DNA from: Cycas panzhihuaensis
Taxonomy: Eukaryota; Plantae; Cycadophyta
Direction of reading: 5' to 3'
DNA length: 64,000 nt
NCBI GenBank assembly: GCA_023213395.1
Contig: CM041465.1
Coordinates: 44,523,741 to 44,587,740, forward strand
Part shown: piece by piece, positions 31,165 through 45,882 of the stretch
Layout: each line of letters starts with the position of its first letter
Numbering within the stretch: the first letter of the stretch is position 1
Made by a program: the position numbers and the translations under genes
The notes under the pieces: model-generated
Told to the model about the DNA's origin: nothing
Seen by the model: the letters and a program-made list of their open reading frames with translations, nothing else
The model's database searches: none

Positions 31165-33501
31165 TGTTAGTAGTGCTTTAATGTGATTGGTCAAATGAGA
31201 GATGGTGTTGCTTATATAAAGGAGTAATCTCTTATGTAAATATTTCAATAATTCATTGTGAATGGAATAATGATTGTTGACTCATATGGTTTTTCCCCTC
31301 ATGGGATTTTCCATGTATAAATTTATTGTCTATTATGTATTTGTAACATGCTTACTTACATGGTTATATTTATTTCATCTCATTAATACTTTTGTAATGA
31401 TTCATTTTCTAATAAATGGTATTAAAGCTCTGGTGACTATTACTTGATAAGGTTCTAGTGCATGGCTAGTCCTATTTATAAATACTAGATATTGAGTTTA
31501 AGTTACAAGAGGTTGCTAATTATTAGGATCAATTATCTTCATTAAGGTTCTTATGATATTAGTTTTGTGGACTAGGAAAATTCCATGTAGGTGTTTATAT
31601 CGTGAGTCTATATCTCATTGTTGACCATGGAAAAAGGCTATGGTAATCTTGAAATGAGTACTATTAGATTATGAAAGCAAGCATGATCACCTTACCATTG
31701 TGATAGATTATGATGAGTTGTCATAAGTCATCTAAGGCCAATATGAGCAAACTTTTTAATGTTCATGGAAAAGTTTGTGGTTGTCTTAAGTGCATAATGA
31801 GATCCGATGTGAAGTTGTATGTATGGAGATGAATGATGCAAGTTGTTTGAGCCATATCCTAGAATATTCTTAATATCATTTTATGTTTCATATCACCATA
31901 TATTTGAATGTTTATTGTTTTACAATTGTTGGGCAACTTAGTTTGCAAATCAGTGACTGTATGAGGTAGATTTTACTATATGAACTTATGGTAAGCTTGT
32001 AATGCACCATCTTAACAAATTGATGTCTTGTTTCAGTTATTAGGCTATAAAGGAGGACATGTTTAAGAGGTTGATTGTTGGGCTTAGAAAATGGCCTTAT
32101 TAAGTGTCTTCTCAATAAAAGGTAATATTATTACATGATTTAAACACATTGTTTTATAGGTAGAGGGCTTTATTTATTCATTAGACATATGTGTTACATA
32201 TTGGTTGATTGCAACATATCTTAGGTGAGTTTTTTTTCATAGTTTTAGTGTTCTTCATAGTGTTTTTTAGTTGAGATTTAATTTTGGCCTATCATAGGGC
32301 ATTCTCCATGTGATTTTATGATAAGTAATGGGTGAGGTACTAAGTAAAGGACATTTTTAGTTTGTAAGAAGGAGTGTTCTTATAATTGCCATTCTATTAT
32401 TGGGAGAGAAAGAGTTGTGTTTTGATGAGATCCATATTATACCTCCTCTATTTGGCATACTGCATAAAAAAATTTAATGGGAGATTCTTATTTTGGATAG
32501 TAGTACTCCTATATAAAAATGAATGAATTTTTTCATATTTTCAGCATTTTCCCTATGGATTCTTATATTAATAGATCTCTCATTATGTGTAAAAGGCATA
32601 TCTTCCCATAGATTTGTAATTTGTAGTGTGTTTTAATTAAAAAATCCATCAAAAATTACTAAAATATGTTGCCATTGTTGTATGCAATTTGCCATTAATT
32701 TGGCATTGAAATCAAATGATTTAATTCAATATTCCATGTTTCTAATGTTTATATTTACATTAAATTATTTTAAAGAATGTTATAAAATTTTCTTAGCCCC
32801 CTAAAGAGGTCATATAGGCTCTGCATGTGATGGGGAGATTTTGTTAAAGAGGGTTATTTCCATTTTTTGGCCTGTTATATGTTTTATATGATTTACAATC
32901 ATTGTTTTGGCTAAATCTCCTTTGTAATATCATAATTCTATTTTGTCTAAATTGTTGGAAAGACAACTTCTATACCTTTGAAACAAGTGGTTGGAAGGTA
33001 TATTTTGATTATGTCTTGGTGCATATATTAACTGATAAAGCAAAGTAAAGATCTTAGATGTGCTTGTAGTTAAAGAATTTGGCATGATGAGTGAGGGTGT
33101 TCTCCTTTATCTATTAGCTTAAATATGATATCAAGTTAATACTAAATGGGGGAATGTTGAATATTAGATAAGGTGGTTTAATATTGGCTTGTCATTAAAT
33201 CAATAATGGGTGTGCACTATGAATAATTATGCATATGCTCACCTCACTCGTGTAATATTGTTATTGGATAATATACTGGTGCTTTGATGTAAATGGTCAA
33301 GTAGGTAGTGTGGTTGCTTTATATAAAGGAATAATCTCTCATGTAAATGTTCAAGTGATTCATTATGAATGGAATAATAACTATTGACTCTTGTTGTTTT
33401 TTCCTTGTGGAGTTTTCCATGTATAAATATATGTATGACTTGTGCTTACATTATGTTTGTTTCATCTCTTTAATGCTTCTATAATGTCTCATTTTCTAAC
33501 A
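31165..33501 (+). mobile_element. old non-autonomous LTR element (element E) inserted in the minus-strand gypsy pol
   Basis: Related LTRs 31165-31414 (shortened) and 33155-33501; PBS tggtattaaagc 31417-31428; PPT gggggaa; no coding capacity; no TSD found. Confidence 0.78.
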
Positions 33502-33899
33502 TCCTTTAGCCATTCAACAATAAACAAAGTATATAGTTAGTGAAGAATGCTAATATACTAATTTAAACTATTGATGGGTTATTTCACCATCACATATAAT
33601 TTGATGCTCTCTTAGTATAATTATGCTAAAGTTTTTTATTTTATTTATGAATAGACCCAATATTAAGGCAAGCTTAGTATTGATGAAATTGGGCATACCA
33701 CCTGGGTCAATCAATAATACTACTTTCTTCTTCTACAAAAATCCATATAATTTAGTGGTGTTAGGACATCATGGATCTACTATCACTATAAGGGAAACCA
33801 TGAGTCAACCATTGTCTAAGGGTAGTAGTTGAGTTTATTCCCTTAGGCACATGTTCTTATGTCCTAGTACCGATTTGTCCTTAAAACATAATTTATTTT

Positions 33900-34480
33900 A
33901 CTTAGATTTGTATACTTCATCGACTTGAGGGGATGGTAGAGGTGGAGTGCTTGGGATTAATCAAAGCATTGGTGGAATGCAATAAGCAACTTGTCTTTTA
34001 AGCTTTGATTTTACTTACTTTACTAGTATAATAGCATCGATTAATAAGTTAGGATAAAACATTCAAACCTTGGTACTAATATCCAAGTAGAGATTTATTT
34101 GGCAAAATTGCATAGCTTCCTCATTAAACACATTGATTTTAAGATGGAGTTTTTCAAAATACTCTATAAATTATTTAGCTAACAAATCATGTTAAAGGTA
34201 ATGAGAAAATTATACCTTATATGGATCCAAATTTGAATTTTCAATATGCTTACGAAGATCATTAATAAAGTTGTCCTATAGAGCAAAATTATGACCCTTG
34301 TACTATTTTTTTACCCAAATATAAATATGGCATTCTAAGTAGTTAATGGTAAATGTAGTTTAGTCATTCTAATTGGCAATAGGAATGTCATCCAATATGG
34401 TCATTAACTTGGCAATCTAGTTATCAAGGTCCATAAAGCCTTTAATGCTAAAGTTGGAAAAGATGAGGTGGTTTTTGTAT
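33900..34480 (-). pseudogene. Ty3/gypsy gag (capsid) remnant of the same minus-strand element
   Basis: Minus-strand: FMDLDN.IAKLMTILDD..TTFTINYLECHIYIWVKK..DNFINDLRKH..IEYFEKL; collinear with a protease-like FIVEWLK at ~33510 and the RT further left. Confidence 0.62.
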
Positions 34481-35399
34481 TGAATGGGGTTGTTAGTAGA
34501 GTTGTCATTATTGTGTGGGCATAGGGGTAATGTTTATATTTTAGAGTATGTCATAGTTGCCAATTTACTTTTGACCCACTATATGGATTCTTCTAAAGCA
34601 TTGAAACAAGCATTGATAGTATTGTCTACATCATCTCTTAAGGCTATTTTGACTCCTTTTATGTATTCTACCTCACTCAAATTCTTAATGCTAGATTAAA
34701 ACTATAATATTTATAATGATATGATTTAGCTAAGTGTGAATGAAGGAGCTTGCCTTACAAGTCAATTTCCAAAGAGGCGAACTGCAAAGACGATGACTGT
34801 TAGGTTTTTTTTTTTGCGAAGACAAAGACCTGCGTGTTCTGGAGAGCACTGGCCTGAACAAAGATGGGGGCTCTCTATGGCCTCCAAGCTAGGAAATAGC
34901 TATGAGATGTCACAACTTACATATCCAGGTAGATCTGAGGCTTGGACGTATGTGTCTCTGAGGAGGAGAGTTCAACCCTGTAGTGGGCTTGGTAGGAGGC
35001 GAAAGCAACCTCTAGATCTCTGTATCAAGTTAGATCCACCTTGTGAACCGGTCAGAGAAATAAAGGAATAGAGGGACGAAGAGCTATGTCATTTTAGAGG
35101 CGGATGAAGGAATAGTTCTCTTGTAGGAGGCATCTCAACTCCAGGGAAGGAGAAGGCACATGCCATAATAGAGGCAGCGGTGGCTATTTGGAGAAGGCCT
35201 GGAAGGGGCTCCTCTAGTGCATAAGGGAGATGTCCCAAGCTATAGAGAGGAGAGGCAGCTACAAGAATTAGACCTATTATCACAAGTTTGGAGGTGAGCT
35301 CATGAAGACCTATTTTTGTCAGTTTTTTTTTTTTTTGGTAATTTAAATGGAGAAAAAATAGGATGACCAGACTCAGTCCTCTCCTCTATGAAGGACATA

Positions 35400-36110
35400 C
35401 CTTAACACCTTGAGGAATGGAAACTCAAAGGAAGTTGTAATTAAACTAGTGATAAAAAATAACCGAATAAAAATCTCAGTCCCAAAGGAGTTAACAGAGA
35501 AAACAATACAATACTGAGAAAACAGCTTGGTGGGGAGCTTTTCAGGAACTAGGCTAGGGCTAGATACTATAAGGAGTTGGATCAAGAATAAATGGAAGAC
35601 AATAAACCTAGTGGAGGTGATGGTTATGCCCAAGGGATGTGTTCTTTTTAGATTCACAAATTAGGAAGATTTGATTGTATCTTTATTAAAATCCCCATGG
35701 ATGTTTGGAAGGAAGGCCATGACTTTAGAAAAATGGCATTTAGAATTTGATCTGATGGTCCCTTAGGTTAAACAAACCCCAATTTAGGTTCATATGCCAG
35801 GGCTCCCACTACTTTTTTGGAACCTAGAAGTGGTTAGAGGTGCTGCCATTACAGTAGGTCCCCTTCTAGCTACAGATTCGACGACAAAGAATAGATTTCG
35901 ATTGATTAATATCAGGTTCTGTGTCCTAGCAAATCTTGATAACAACCTTCCAGAAGATGTAGACATAGAATCAAGAGGATGGGAAATTACCCAAAAGTTA
36001 GTTTATGAACTGGAGGGCTTCAGATGCTGAAGATTTAGATGTGTGGGACATCTTCTGATAAAATGCCCAGGAGAAACTAAATTAATAGGGAAAGACATGG
36101 AGAGGGGATA
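35400..36110 (+). pseudogene. LINE ORF1 (DUF4283 + CCHC knuckle) remnant
   Basis: LVGSFSG..IRSWIKNKWK..MPKGCVLFRF..SPWMFGRKAMTLEKW; MPGLPLLFWN..QKLVYE..FRC.RFRCVGHLLIKCP. Confidence 0.88.
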
Positions 36111-36749
36111 AAAAGACATTGGAGATACAGAAAAAGAAGAGGATATGGGTGAAGTCCCAAACTGGAGTATAGCCTTGTTACCAGATGAAGGTAGGAGAGT
36201 AGATTCGATCCTAGAACCAAGTAAAGCAGAGAGTCTTGAGGGCCTTGGGGTCCACAATGATGGACAACAAGAGATAGATGGTCATCTTGGGGAGCTAAGA
36301 AATGAAGAATCTCTCAAAGAGACAGGTGAACCAGCTCAAGAGCAACCAAAAGGACTCAATTAGGATGAGGAGGATTACCTCTCAGACGAAGAGGCAGGGA
36401 GGGTTCGGTCCCAAGATCAAGAGGGGGATCAGACCCCTATGGAGGAGGGGGGAGAGATGCAGGAGTTACAGAAAATATTTACCGAGGCAAGGAGGGCTCC
36501 GGATCTAGGGAAGACATGAGGAGGGACATGTAAATGGATTACGAAGGATAAAAGAGGTCAGAAGGAGTTGAAGAGAGTGCCTGACTTCGGCAGCGAGAAA
36601 AGGGTAGGCAGACCATCGAGGAAAGCGACAAGGGAAAAGGAAGCAGCGACCCAAATTTATTTGGATTACCAAAGTATATTAAAAGAGGAGGGGTAATTAA
36701 GGGCCCACTCCTCAGAAGTAGGAGATGAGGACGAGAGGGGGTCAGGAGT

Positions 36750-39700
36750 ATGAAGGTCCTCTCTTGGAACATAAGGGGCTTGAATGCCCCATCCAAGCAA
36801 AGAATGGTGAAGGATGTGAGATCCAGGGTGCGTGCGAATTTAGTGTTTCTACAGGAGACGAAAGTAGCCCAGGCAAAGGAGGAGGAGGTTAAAAACAAGA
36901 TATGGAGGGGGGGAGAGATGAGGGATAAAGAGGGAGCTTTGGGATTAGGAGTGCTTGCTGTTCTTTGGAACCCAAGTATATGGCATTGTTTTGAGGTGGC
37001 TAAGGGGATGCACTTCATCACAATGTGTCTGGTATGTAGAAGAACAAATACCCTATGGTGGGCTACTAACATCTATACCCCAATGATGGTGGAGGAAAGA
37101 AAGTTATTATGGAACAATATAGTGGAGATCCACAAAGACTAGAAAGGCCCATGGATGGTGGCAGGGGGCTTTAACTTGGCTTTGTCTCTAGAGGAGAAGG
37201 TAGGTGGTAAAGAGGGGTGGTTTAGGGATATCTCTAAACTTAGTGACTTCCTTCAGAATGGGGGGCTTATGGATATCCCCCTTAGCGGGGCCACGTACAC
37301 GTGGACAAATAGGAGATTGGGAAAAAACCATATTCAGATCAAGTTAGATAGAATCATGGTAAATTATGAGTGGATGCGACTCAGTGGGGACTTGAAGTTA
37401 GAGGCTCTTCAGAGAACGATCTCTAATCACTCTCCTCTTTTATTATAGTTCTCATACCCATACAACTATCATGGAGCCCCTTTTCGCTTTGAGCATATGT
37501 GGCTGAATCACCCTGATCTCAGAACAAGGATTAGTGAGTGGTGGAGTATTCCTGTTGAGGGGTATGCCATGTTTAAATTTTCAAAGAAGTTGAATTAGAT
37601 CAAGAGACAGATTAAAGTTTAGAACAAGGAGGTCTTTGAAAATATATTCAAAGTCAAAGGGTGATTGCTGGAAGATCTGAATAAAGTCGAGCAGAGGATC
37701 CAAGAAGAGGGCAGATCTAGTACCTTGGACTAGATAGAGCACAGGATCTCAAAACAGTTAGAAGAGGTGTTGTTTAAGGAGGAACTCCATTGGAAACAAA
37801 AATCTATGGAGGTATGGGTTAAGGAGGGGGATAGGAACACCAAGTTTTGTCACATGTTGACGTTAAAACATAGAGCCTATAATAGAATAAGTAAGTTACG
37901 AAGTAAGGAAGGTACTATACTTGAGACAGAAGATCAAATTAGAAACACTGCAATAGAGTAATTCAGAGAATTATTTGAAGAACCTGGATGCCAAGATCCA
38001 GATTCACACTCAACCCTGTTGAGTGTATTCCTGACTGATCCTTTCACCCTAGAGGAAATGGAGAAAGCTTTATTCAGTATGGGGTGGGACAAGGCTCTAG
38101 GGCGAGATGGTTTACCCTCGAGTTTCTTTCAAGAATACTGGGACATTATCAAAGACGATTGAAAAGAGGCGTTGAACGAATTCTTCGAGAAGAAGACAAT
38201 CTTGAAGGAGTGGCAATCCACCTTCTTGGTGTTGATCCCTAAAAGAGCAGGTGCAGAAGTCATGGAGGACTTCAAACCAATTAGCTTGTGTAATGTTAAG
38301 TATAAAATTCTAGTGAAATTATTGGCAAACAGCCTCAAGGAGTGTTAGTCGCATATTATATCTGCTATCCAGGATGGATTCGTTAAAGGCAGACAGATTG
38401 TGGATAGTATACTAACTGTCCACAAGACGATTCATTTGGCTTACCACAGAAAAGAAGTGGGTATGATAGTGAAAACCAATATGTCCAAGGCCTATGACAT
38501 GGTAGCCTGGGATTGCCTCCTCAATTGTCTTAAAGCTTTTGGCTTTGGAGAGGTTTGGTGGGAATGGATGAAGTGTTGTATTTCTAGTCCTTCCTTCTCT
38601 GTGTTGATAAATGGCTCGTTGACCCCTTTCTTCTTAGGATCGAGGGGTCTAAGGTAAGGAGACCCCCTGTCTCCCTATCTCTTCATCATAATGGCAGAAA
38701 TGTTAGGGAGGGCTACTGAGGAGGCTAAGAGGATCGACTGGGTGATTGGATTAAGGCCCTCCTTAAATTTAGAAAACATCGTCCACCACCAGTTTGTCGA
38801 TGATAATATTTTTCTGGGAAAAGTCTCTCTTGGGGAGACCAGGGCTATGAAAGAAGGGCTCCAAGTTTATGAACGGGCTTCAAATCAAAAAATTAACTGA
38901 GAAAAAAGCTCTGTCTTCTTCATTAACACCCCATAAAGGCTCCAGCAGAGAATCAACAGAGTATTGGAAATCCCAATGAGGACCCTCCCGTCCACTTACC
39001 TGGGGATGCCTCTTTTTATGGGCAATATGAGAAAAGATCTTTGGGACCCCATTGTGAGTAGATTCTAGAGGAGGTTAGCTGGATGGAAAGGGGCCCTACT
39101 CAGCTTGGTAGGTAAAATTTAGCTAGTTGTGGATTCTTTGCAAAGTATCTGAGTTTATATGATGTCATTATTTAACATGCCGAGTAAGGTCATCTCAATA
39201 GTAGAGAGCATCATGAAAAGATTTCTCTAGGCTGGTTATGAGGAGAAAAACAGAATTCACCTAGTCTCGTGGGAAAAGATATGTAAACCCAGATGGGCGA
39301 GGGGGCTTAATGTTAGGATAATGGGGCTCTTTAATATGGCCCTCCTAGCAAAACTGGGATGGAGATTGGCTAAAGAGGGTGGTACTCAATGGGGTGATAT
39401 TATAACCAAAAAATATCTAGGGTGAAAGCATTTCTTGAAAGAGGAGGTGGGGGGGTCCATAGGTTCCCCCATCTGGAAAGGGCTCCTGTCTTTAAGACCC
39501 ATTTTGACCAATGGCCTAAGATGGAAGTTAGGGAATGGAGAAAGCATCAGTTTCTGGGAAGATAAATGGTGTGGCAATTACATTTTGAAGGACTTACTAT
39601 CTATTGGTAATATGCAGAGAGTTTGTCAAGATGTGTACGGTCCTTTAGTAAAGCACTATTGGGAGGGACAAGGTAAAAACAGAAACTGGAGATCATTTGA

Positions 39701-40928
39701 AGACCTGCAGGGGATGGAGGAGGAGATTCAGAATCTGAAGTGCGAATTAAATCACCAATATATACCAAAGAGGGATATAGAGGATGTTATGATATGGTCT
39801 ATATCTGCCTCAAGGTCATACACAGTGAAGGATGGTTATAACTTGCTGCTAAAGGAGGAAGGTGTGGGCAAGGAGGACATGTTAGTGGGGGTGTGGAAGC
39901 TGGGGCTATTCCTAAAGATAGCAGCATTTTGGTGGTTATGCCTGCAAAACAAGATACTAACAATTGATAACCTTATGAGGAGGGGATTTGCTATGGTAAA
40001 CATATGTGTGTTATGCAAGGAGGATGTCGAGTCCTTGGACCATATGGGTATACATTATCCTTATTCCATGAGTGTTTGGACCGGCCTCTAGTCTAATCTT
40101 AGGATTGAATGGTTATCCCTAGGGACCCTGAAGAATCAATGGTTAATGTGGAAATTCCCCTTTAAGAGTAAGACTTTGGGTAAATTGGGAAAACTAATCC
40201 TCTCAGTGGGGGTATGGAATATATGGAAGGAGCACAATAGGAGAATCTTCCAAGGAAGAGAAATGGATGAACAGAGACTTTGGAGCAAAATCAAGAGGGA
40301 TATTATAGAAATGATGAAGCCCAGTGATGAGGATAGAATACCTAGGGAAGAAGAGAGCATCTTGGCAAGCTAGGGGATAGCTAGCCAGAGTAGTAGTGGT
40401 AGGGAACCGAAAAAGATGATATGTCAATGGATTTTGCCCAACGACCCCTGGGTGAAAATAAATTTCGACAAGGCGGCCAAAGGAAATCTAGGTGAGGCAA
40501 GTGGGGAAGGATTATGCAGGAATCATGATGGGAAGGTATGTTGGGAATTTATGAAATATTTTGGCCATTAGACGAATCACAAAGTTGAAATGAGAGCTAT
40601 GTAGAAAGTGTTAGCTTTAGTGGACAAGGATGGATATGAGCGAGTGATAATAGAAGGAGACTCCATGAATATGATGAGGCGCTTAAAGGGGGAGATGGAG
40701 GTGGACTGGACCAATTAGGAGATGATAAGAGATGCCCAAGACATCTTGAGTTCCAAACAGAGTATTCATATCCGACATACGTATAGGGAAGGAAATGCTG
40801 CGACGAATTGGCTGGCAAATTGGGCAGTGGCAAACAAAAGAAGTATGGTGTGGAAGGAGGACTTCTTGGAGGAGCTTTTGAGTCTAGTCAGACTGGACCT
40901 GACGGGGAAGATGATAAGAATTTATTAG
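36750..40928 (+). pseudogene. LINE ORF2: APE endonuclease - RT - zf-RVT - RNase H, many stops
   Basis: MKVLSWNIRGLN..FLQETK; YTWTN..KLDR..SNHSP; EGDRNTKF; KAYDMVAW; GDPLSPYLF; HQFVDD; GNGESISFWEDKW; LTIDNL..C.LC; WVKINFD..KGN; IEGDS; HTYREGNAATNWLA. Confidence 0.96.
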
Positions 40929-42374
40929 GTAAGAGGTTAAGGGGCTTGTTATTGACTTGATTGGCTAGGTCATGGGCATGTCATGGCCATTCTTCTTCTT
41001 AGTCGAAAGGTAGTTGATGTAATGGGTTTGGGGTCTTGTTAAAACCCTGATTATATATATATAATTTTTACCTTATAGAAAAAAAAAAAGGAGCTTGCCT
41101 TACACTAAATAGGGCATATTTGGTCTTTGTTGACTAGGATAATTTTTTGTTGAGAGAAAATAGAGATACTAAAATTAGAAGACCATTAAAGAAAGATGGA
41201 AAGTATGGGGGCAAAGTGGTGCTATTTAGAAAAATAAGAATAACCATGGTTTCGGAAAATGAGATAGGGCGAAGAGAATGGATTTATGGCTAAGGAATGA
41301 GTGTCACATGAAGGGCTAAATTGATATGTGCTAAATACAGAAAAGCGAAGAAGGATTAATAGTAAAAATAGAGAAAAATAAAGGGTACGAGAAATAAGTA
41401 ATAAAGTAGAATTTAAAATTTGAATTATAGAATATTCTTGATAAGGAATATCCATGTTTTAAATTTTTAGAAAACTTTAAAGTTGGAATAATAAACGACC
41501 AATAATGGTCAAGTGATATGCACAGTGAATTTTGAGAGGGTATAGGCCAAAAATAGGGTGATATGAGATGGAAAGATGCAATAGAGGAACTTAGGGAGGC
41601 ATGGGTTGAATGGAAGATTATGGGAAATATCAAGGATATAGTAAAGATGTTTAAGAAGGTGTTAACCAAACAAAAGGTGAAAGAGGTAAGTGAGAATACA
41701 AGTAGAAAGAGGTAGTCCTAGAGGGAAATAAAAAATATGCACTAGAGGAATGGTATTAAGGTAGTGACAAATGCTAGAGACTACAAACATAAGGAAATGC
41801 TATTTATAGATAAACGAAGGTGGAAGGATTACCAAAAGATATCTAGTATTAGATTATTAAGGTGTTGATGCAAGGACATCTAGAAAATGATGTTTATTAG
41901 AAATGACATAAGTTGGTACCATATGATCAAAACTATGGACTATTATATATCAAAATGACCATCTCAAAAAGTTGCATAAGCTCTAAAGAAGTTCTACTAC
42001 TTCTAAAATATTATAAAAATGATTTTAGGCCTAAAACATATCATCTAATTACTCAAAATTCTAATATATATATATATATTTTTTGGATTTGGTAAAAATT
42101 TATATGTATCACTTTTCTTAGTTAAGAGATTAGTTTTACTTTATTAGAGCTCCCATGAGGCCCATGGCATGTTTAATTACTCATGAGTCAATTTTTATGC
42201 AATTTAAAACACTTTAAGAAAATTGACTAAAATTATAAAGTTTTAAATTTAGGGTTTTTTTTGCTCCAAGTTTGTTTCCTAATTTTAGGGGATGGTAGTT
42301 AAGAATTTTGTATGTCCAAAGACCATGACTTTGTATACTTATACATTGTAAAAACACTCAGTTTTTAATTTTTT

Positions 42375-45300
42375 TATTAGAATAGCTTGATTCACACTTC
42401 TTGAGGCATAATAAAAATGTATATTTGTGTATTATGATGCTAGTATTTTATGATGGGTCCCACACATAGTTATATTATGTATTATAAATATACAACCAAT
42501 GTATCATATGTAATATCTTGATGTAACAATGTTTAGATGGTGATAATCAAAGTTGAGGTACCTTAACGATACCATTACGATCTTGGTATTTTATCTTTTT
42601 TATTGCTACAAATATAATTTTTCTATCATTTATGTTTTCAACATGGTATCAGAGCATCTAGGTTATGTAAGATTCTATGGAGATCCTATCAGTATGGTTA
42701 TTACAGGTTTGCTTGATTAGAGAACTTAATCTATTGTAGAGCCATTGTTAAATTTATGGGTGAGGAGGTGGCTTTATAGAGTCATTTTCTAACTTATTGT
42801 TGTAGATTATGCCATTTGCTAGCTTGTTATTGCAAATTGAATTGTTTGCTAATTTGTTTATGAAACCCAATTGATGTATGAGGAGGTGCTCCATAAAATT
42901 ATTTGCCAATGCCATTTGCCAATATTGATTCATGATTCCTTTTGTGATTTGTGGTGGTGCTTAGGATGAAACCCTAACCTTATGTCTATAATATTTTGTT
43001 ATTGTTGGAGAGAATCTGTCTATCCATTTAAATATATGGTGGAATCTTTGTAAAGAGACTATTAAATAGAAAGTCAAACTATTGTTATTAGTGTTAGTAC
43101 CCTCCACTAGTGTGTCTGAAGTGAGGTTGCTCATGGGCTGCCTAAAGATTTCTATTTTATTCCATATATACATACTTGGAAGTCGTACTCTGTTTCATTT
43201 ATATAATTATTATACCTATTATTATTATATTGAGTGAGTTGCGATTATCAATCGTGGAGAGATACGGGCATGATTGCTATCATTATTACATGTTTACTAC
43301 TACAAAAGATTACACTATATTCGTTTACGTATATGACGTGAAGATTGAAAATTTATAAAAACCCTATCTTGGAGTAGCATGGGAAAATACAAATGGCATT
43401 TTCATCGTAGATGCATCAAGATGTGGGCATAGGTTTGTTAGATTATAGTCACATAATCTTTGTTGCCACTACATTGAGTCACCTTGTTTATAATAATAAT
43501 ACAATGCTATGCCAATCTAAGAAAGGCATCACAGAGGAATATATACATATCGCATTGCATATAGATTACAGTCTATATGGGAGAAAATTTTACAATGTCA
43601 TAGCATATTTATGGATGAATTGGCCATCAATAATGTCACTCAATTTTTGCTTGTTGAAATTGCATGAAGAGAAAAGTAATTCGGTAAAATATTTTAATCT
43701 AATTTCTTTGATTTTTTTATTTGACTTTAATATTCATCATCAATTCGATCATTGTTAAGATTAGGAGATTCTCACATATCAATCCATTTCATTGATTTTG
43801 ATCTACATCATCACATTTATCATTGTTGAATGCTCTGGTGATTTTTTAATTAAGGCACATATTTTTTCAATAATTTTTACAAATTTAACTAAATTAGAAT
43901 TCTAGTTGAAGTCCATTAGCCGCCAATGATTTAGCTCGTGGCCCTATGAGATATTGATGTGACCTACCTCTCTTTTGTAAAGGGTGCTAAACTTTAAACT
44001 CTTTTTTTTTTTTTTTTTCATTTTTCAAAAGGGGTACCTATGCTTTTTCCTTAATGTCTTGAGTTTTAGGAGTCTATTTTCTAAATCATCTAAACCATTG
44101 AAATCTTGACTCAGAGACAATCATTTTGGAATATGATTTAACATATTTTGATATTATTTTTATAGAGAAATTTCAATATAAAGTTGAGTTTTTGTGTTAG
44201 ATTCATGCATGGTAACTGGACAAATTTCTCTTTTGCACCTTTTACATCATTCTCTTGCCTATTTCTTGACCCAAGGCCAACTATTTTTTTAATCCTAGAA
44301 GGCCATTATAAACTATTTTAAGTAAATTTATTATAATTTGTATATTTAGGTCCTACAAAGGACTAAGAGGTAGAAGGAGGTCCTAAAATCAAGGCCAGGG
44401 TTACTATTATCTTACTGACAAATTTGTGTGACTATCTAGCCTATCTTGTATGCCTTTGAAATGAATTTTTAGATTCTTAGTTGTCCATTTGATCGGTATG
44501 AGAGAGGTCCTAAATCTAAGAAAAATACATATATAGGTTTATATGTGATGCATTTGTTAGTAGTATGCATTTATAATTATGGAGGAGAATGATGTAGTTA
44601 TATTCGTACATGAGATGAATGAATATTACTTAAGGGGTATACTTCTTGCAATGCCTAAGTATAATGGAACAAACTACTTCTTTTGGATAATTAGAATGAT
44701 ATGTTTGTTAATAGCCAAAGGCTTATGGAAAATTGTTACTGATGGATATAATATTCCTAATGATGAAGAAGAAAGACAAAGAGGCATTTTTCATTATTCT
44801 TATTGCATTAGATAAAGTTGATCTTCCTTTAACATATCATTTTGTTATTCCTAAGGTCCATCATGCTAGTACTACTAAGGAAGCTTAGATTTTTTTAAAA
44901 TATGTATTTGAAAGGACTCCTAAAATGATACGATAAATTGTTGAAAAGACAGACAAGATTATTGAATCTTATAAGACTATTGATGAGATTATTAAGTATG
45001 TTAAGCTAACTACTATTATTAGGTGTGAAGAATCTATTGATGACTATGATTAAGCAATCTAAGTTTCTTTAGATGTTCCTATTTTGAGTATTGATTTAAG
45101 TTTAAAGAATCTACAAGTCGATGAAGATTCTACTCCAAAAATTAAAGAAAGTATTAGATATGTTGATCAAGAAGAAGAATTCACATAGGATATTGATGTT
45201 TATTTTCCAAATAATTCAAATCATAAATAGGTTGTATTTGAAGATGTTGCTAGTATTAGTGAAGATTATCACTTATAGGATCTACAACAAAATCAAGATT

Positions 45301-45744
45301 TACACACTAGTATGAAGAATTTCAAGTTCAAGGATCGCTACTTACTAAAGCTACTGCAACAAAAATATCACTATAAGATTGAAGAAAAAGATTAAGTTGA
45401 AGACATCATCTTTAAGACATTTCCAAGGACAAGGTGTTGTAAATTTAAATAGCCCAATTGTGTATTAAGTGGGAGTGTTAGAATAGCCTAGTTCACACTT
45501 CTTGAGATATAATAGTAATGCATATTTGTGTATTATGATGTCAATATTTTATGATGGGTCCCACTCATAGTCATATTGTGTATTATAAATACACAACCAA
45601 TGTATCATATTTAACATCTTAAAGTAACAATGTTTAGATGGTGATAATCAAAGTTGGGGTACCTTAAGGGTACCATTGCGATTTTAGTGTTTTATCTTTT
45701 TTATTTCTACAAATATTATTTTTCTATTGTTTATGTTTTCAACA
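42375..45744 (+). mobile_element. non-autonomous copia-derived LTR element with gag N-terminus only (element F, TR-GAG-like)
   Basis: 269-bp LTRs 42375-42643 and 45476-45744; PBS tggtatcagagc 42644-42655; PPT aagtgggag; TSD ttttt/ttttt; ORF 44579-44815 has MPKYNGTNYFFWIIRM..KGLWKIVTDG (copia gag N-terminus). Confidence 0.92.
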
Positions 45745-45882
45745 TTTTTAATTTTTTAGAAATTTACAAAAGAAGTGTTCTTATGGAGAGTTTGGTTCTA
45801 TTTTCTTTAACATATATTATTCTACTTGCATGCTTATGTTACGAAAGAGATTTTTATCCAATTAGGTGATCAAGACTGAAAA

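Larger units (their letters stand above)
34760..41087 (+). mobile_element. full-length L1-clade LINE (~6.3 kb), decayed
   Basis: Perfect 17-bp TSD aaggagcttgccttaca (34743-34759 / 41088-41104), A-tail from 41079, ORF1 and ORF2 remnants. Confidence 0.97.

Noticed and set aside
36539-37072. 177-aa minus ORF and other antisense ORFs across 35089-40833
   Set aside because: Shadows of the plus-strand LINE ORF1/ORF2.
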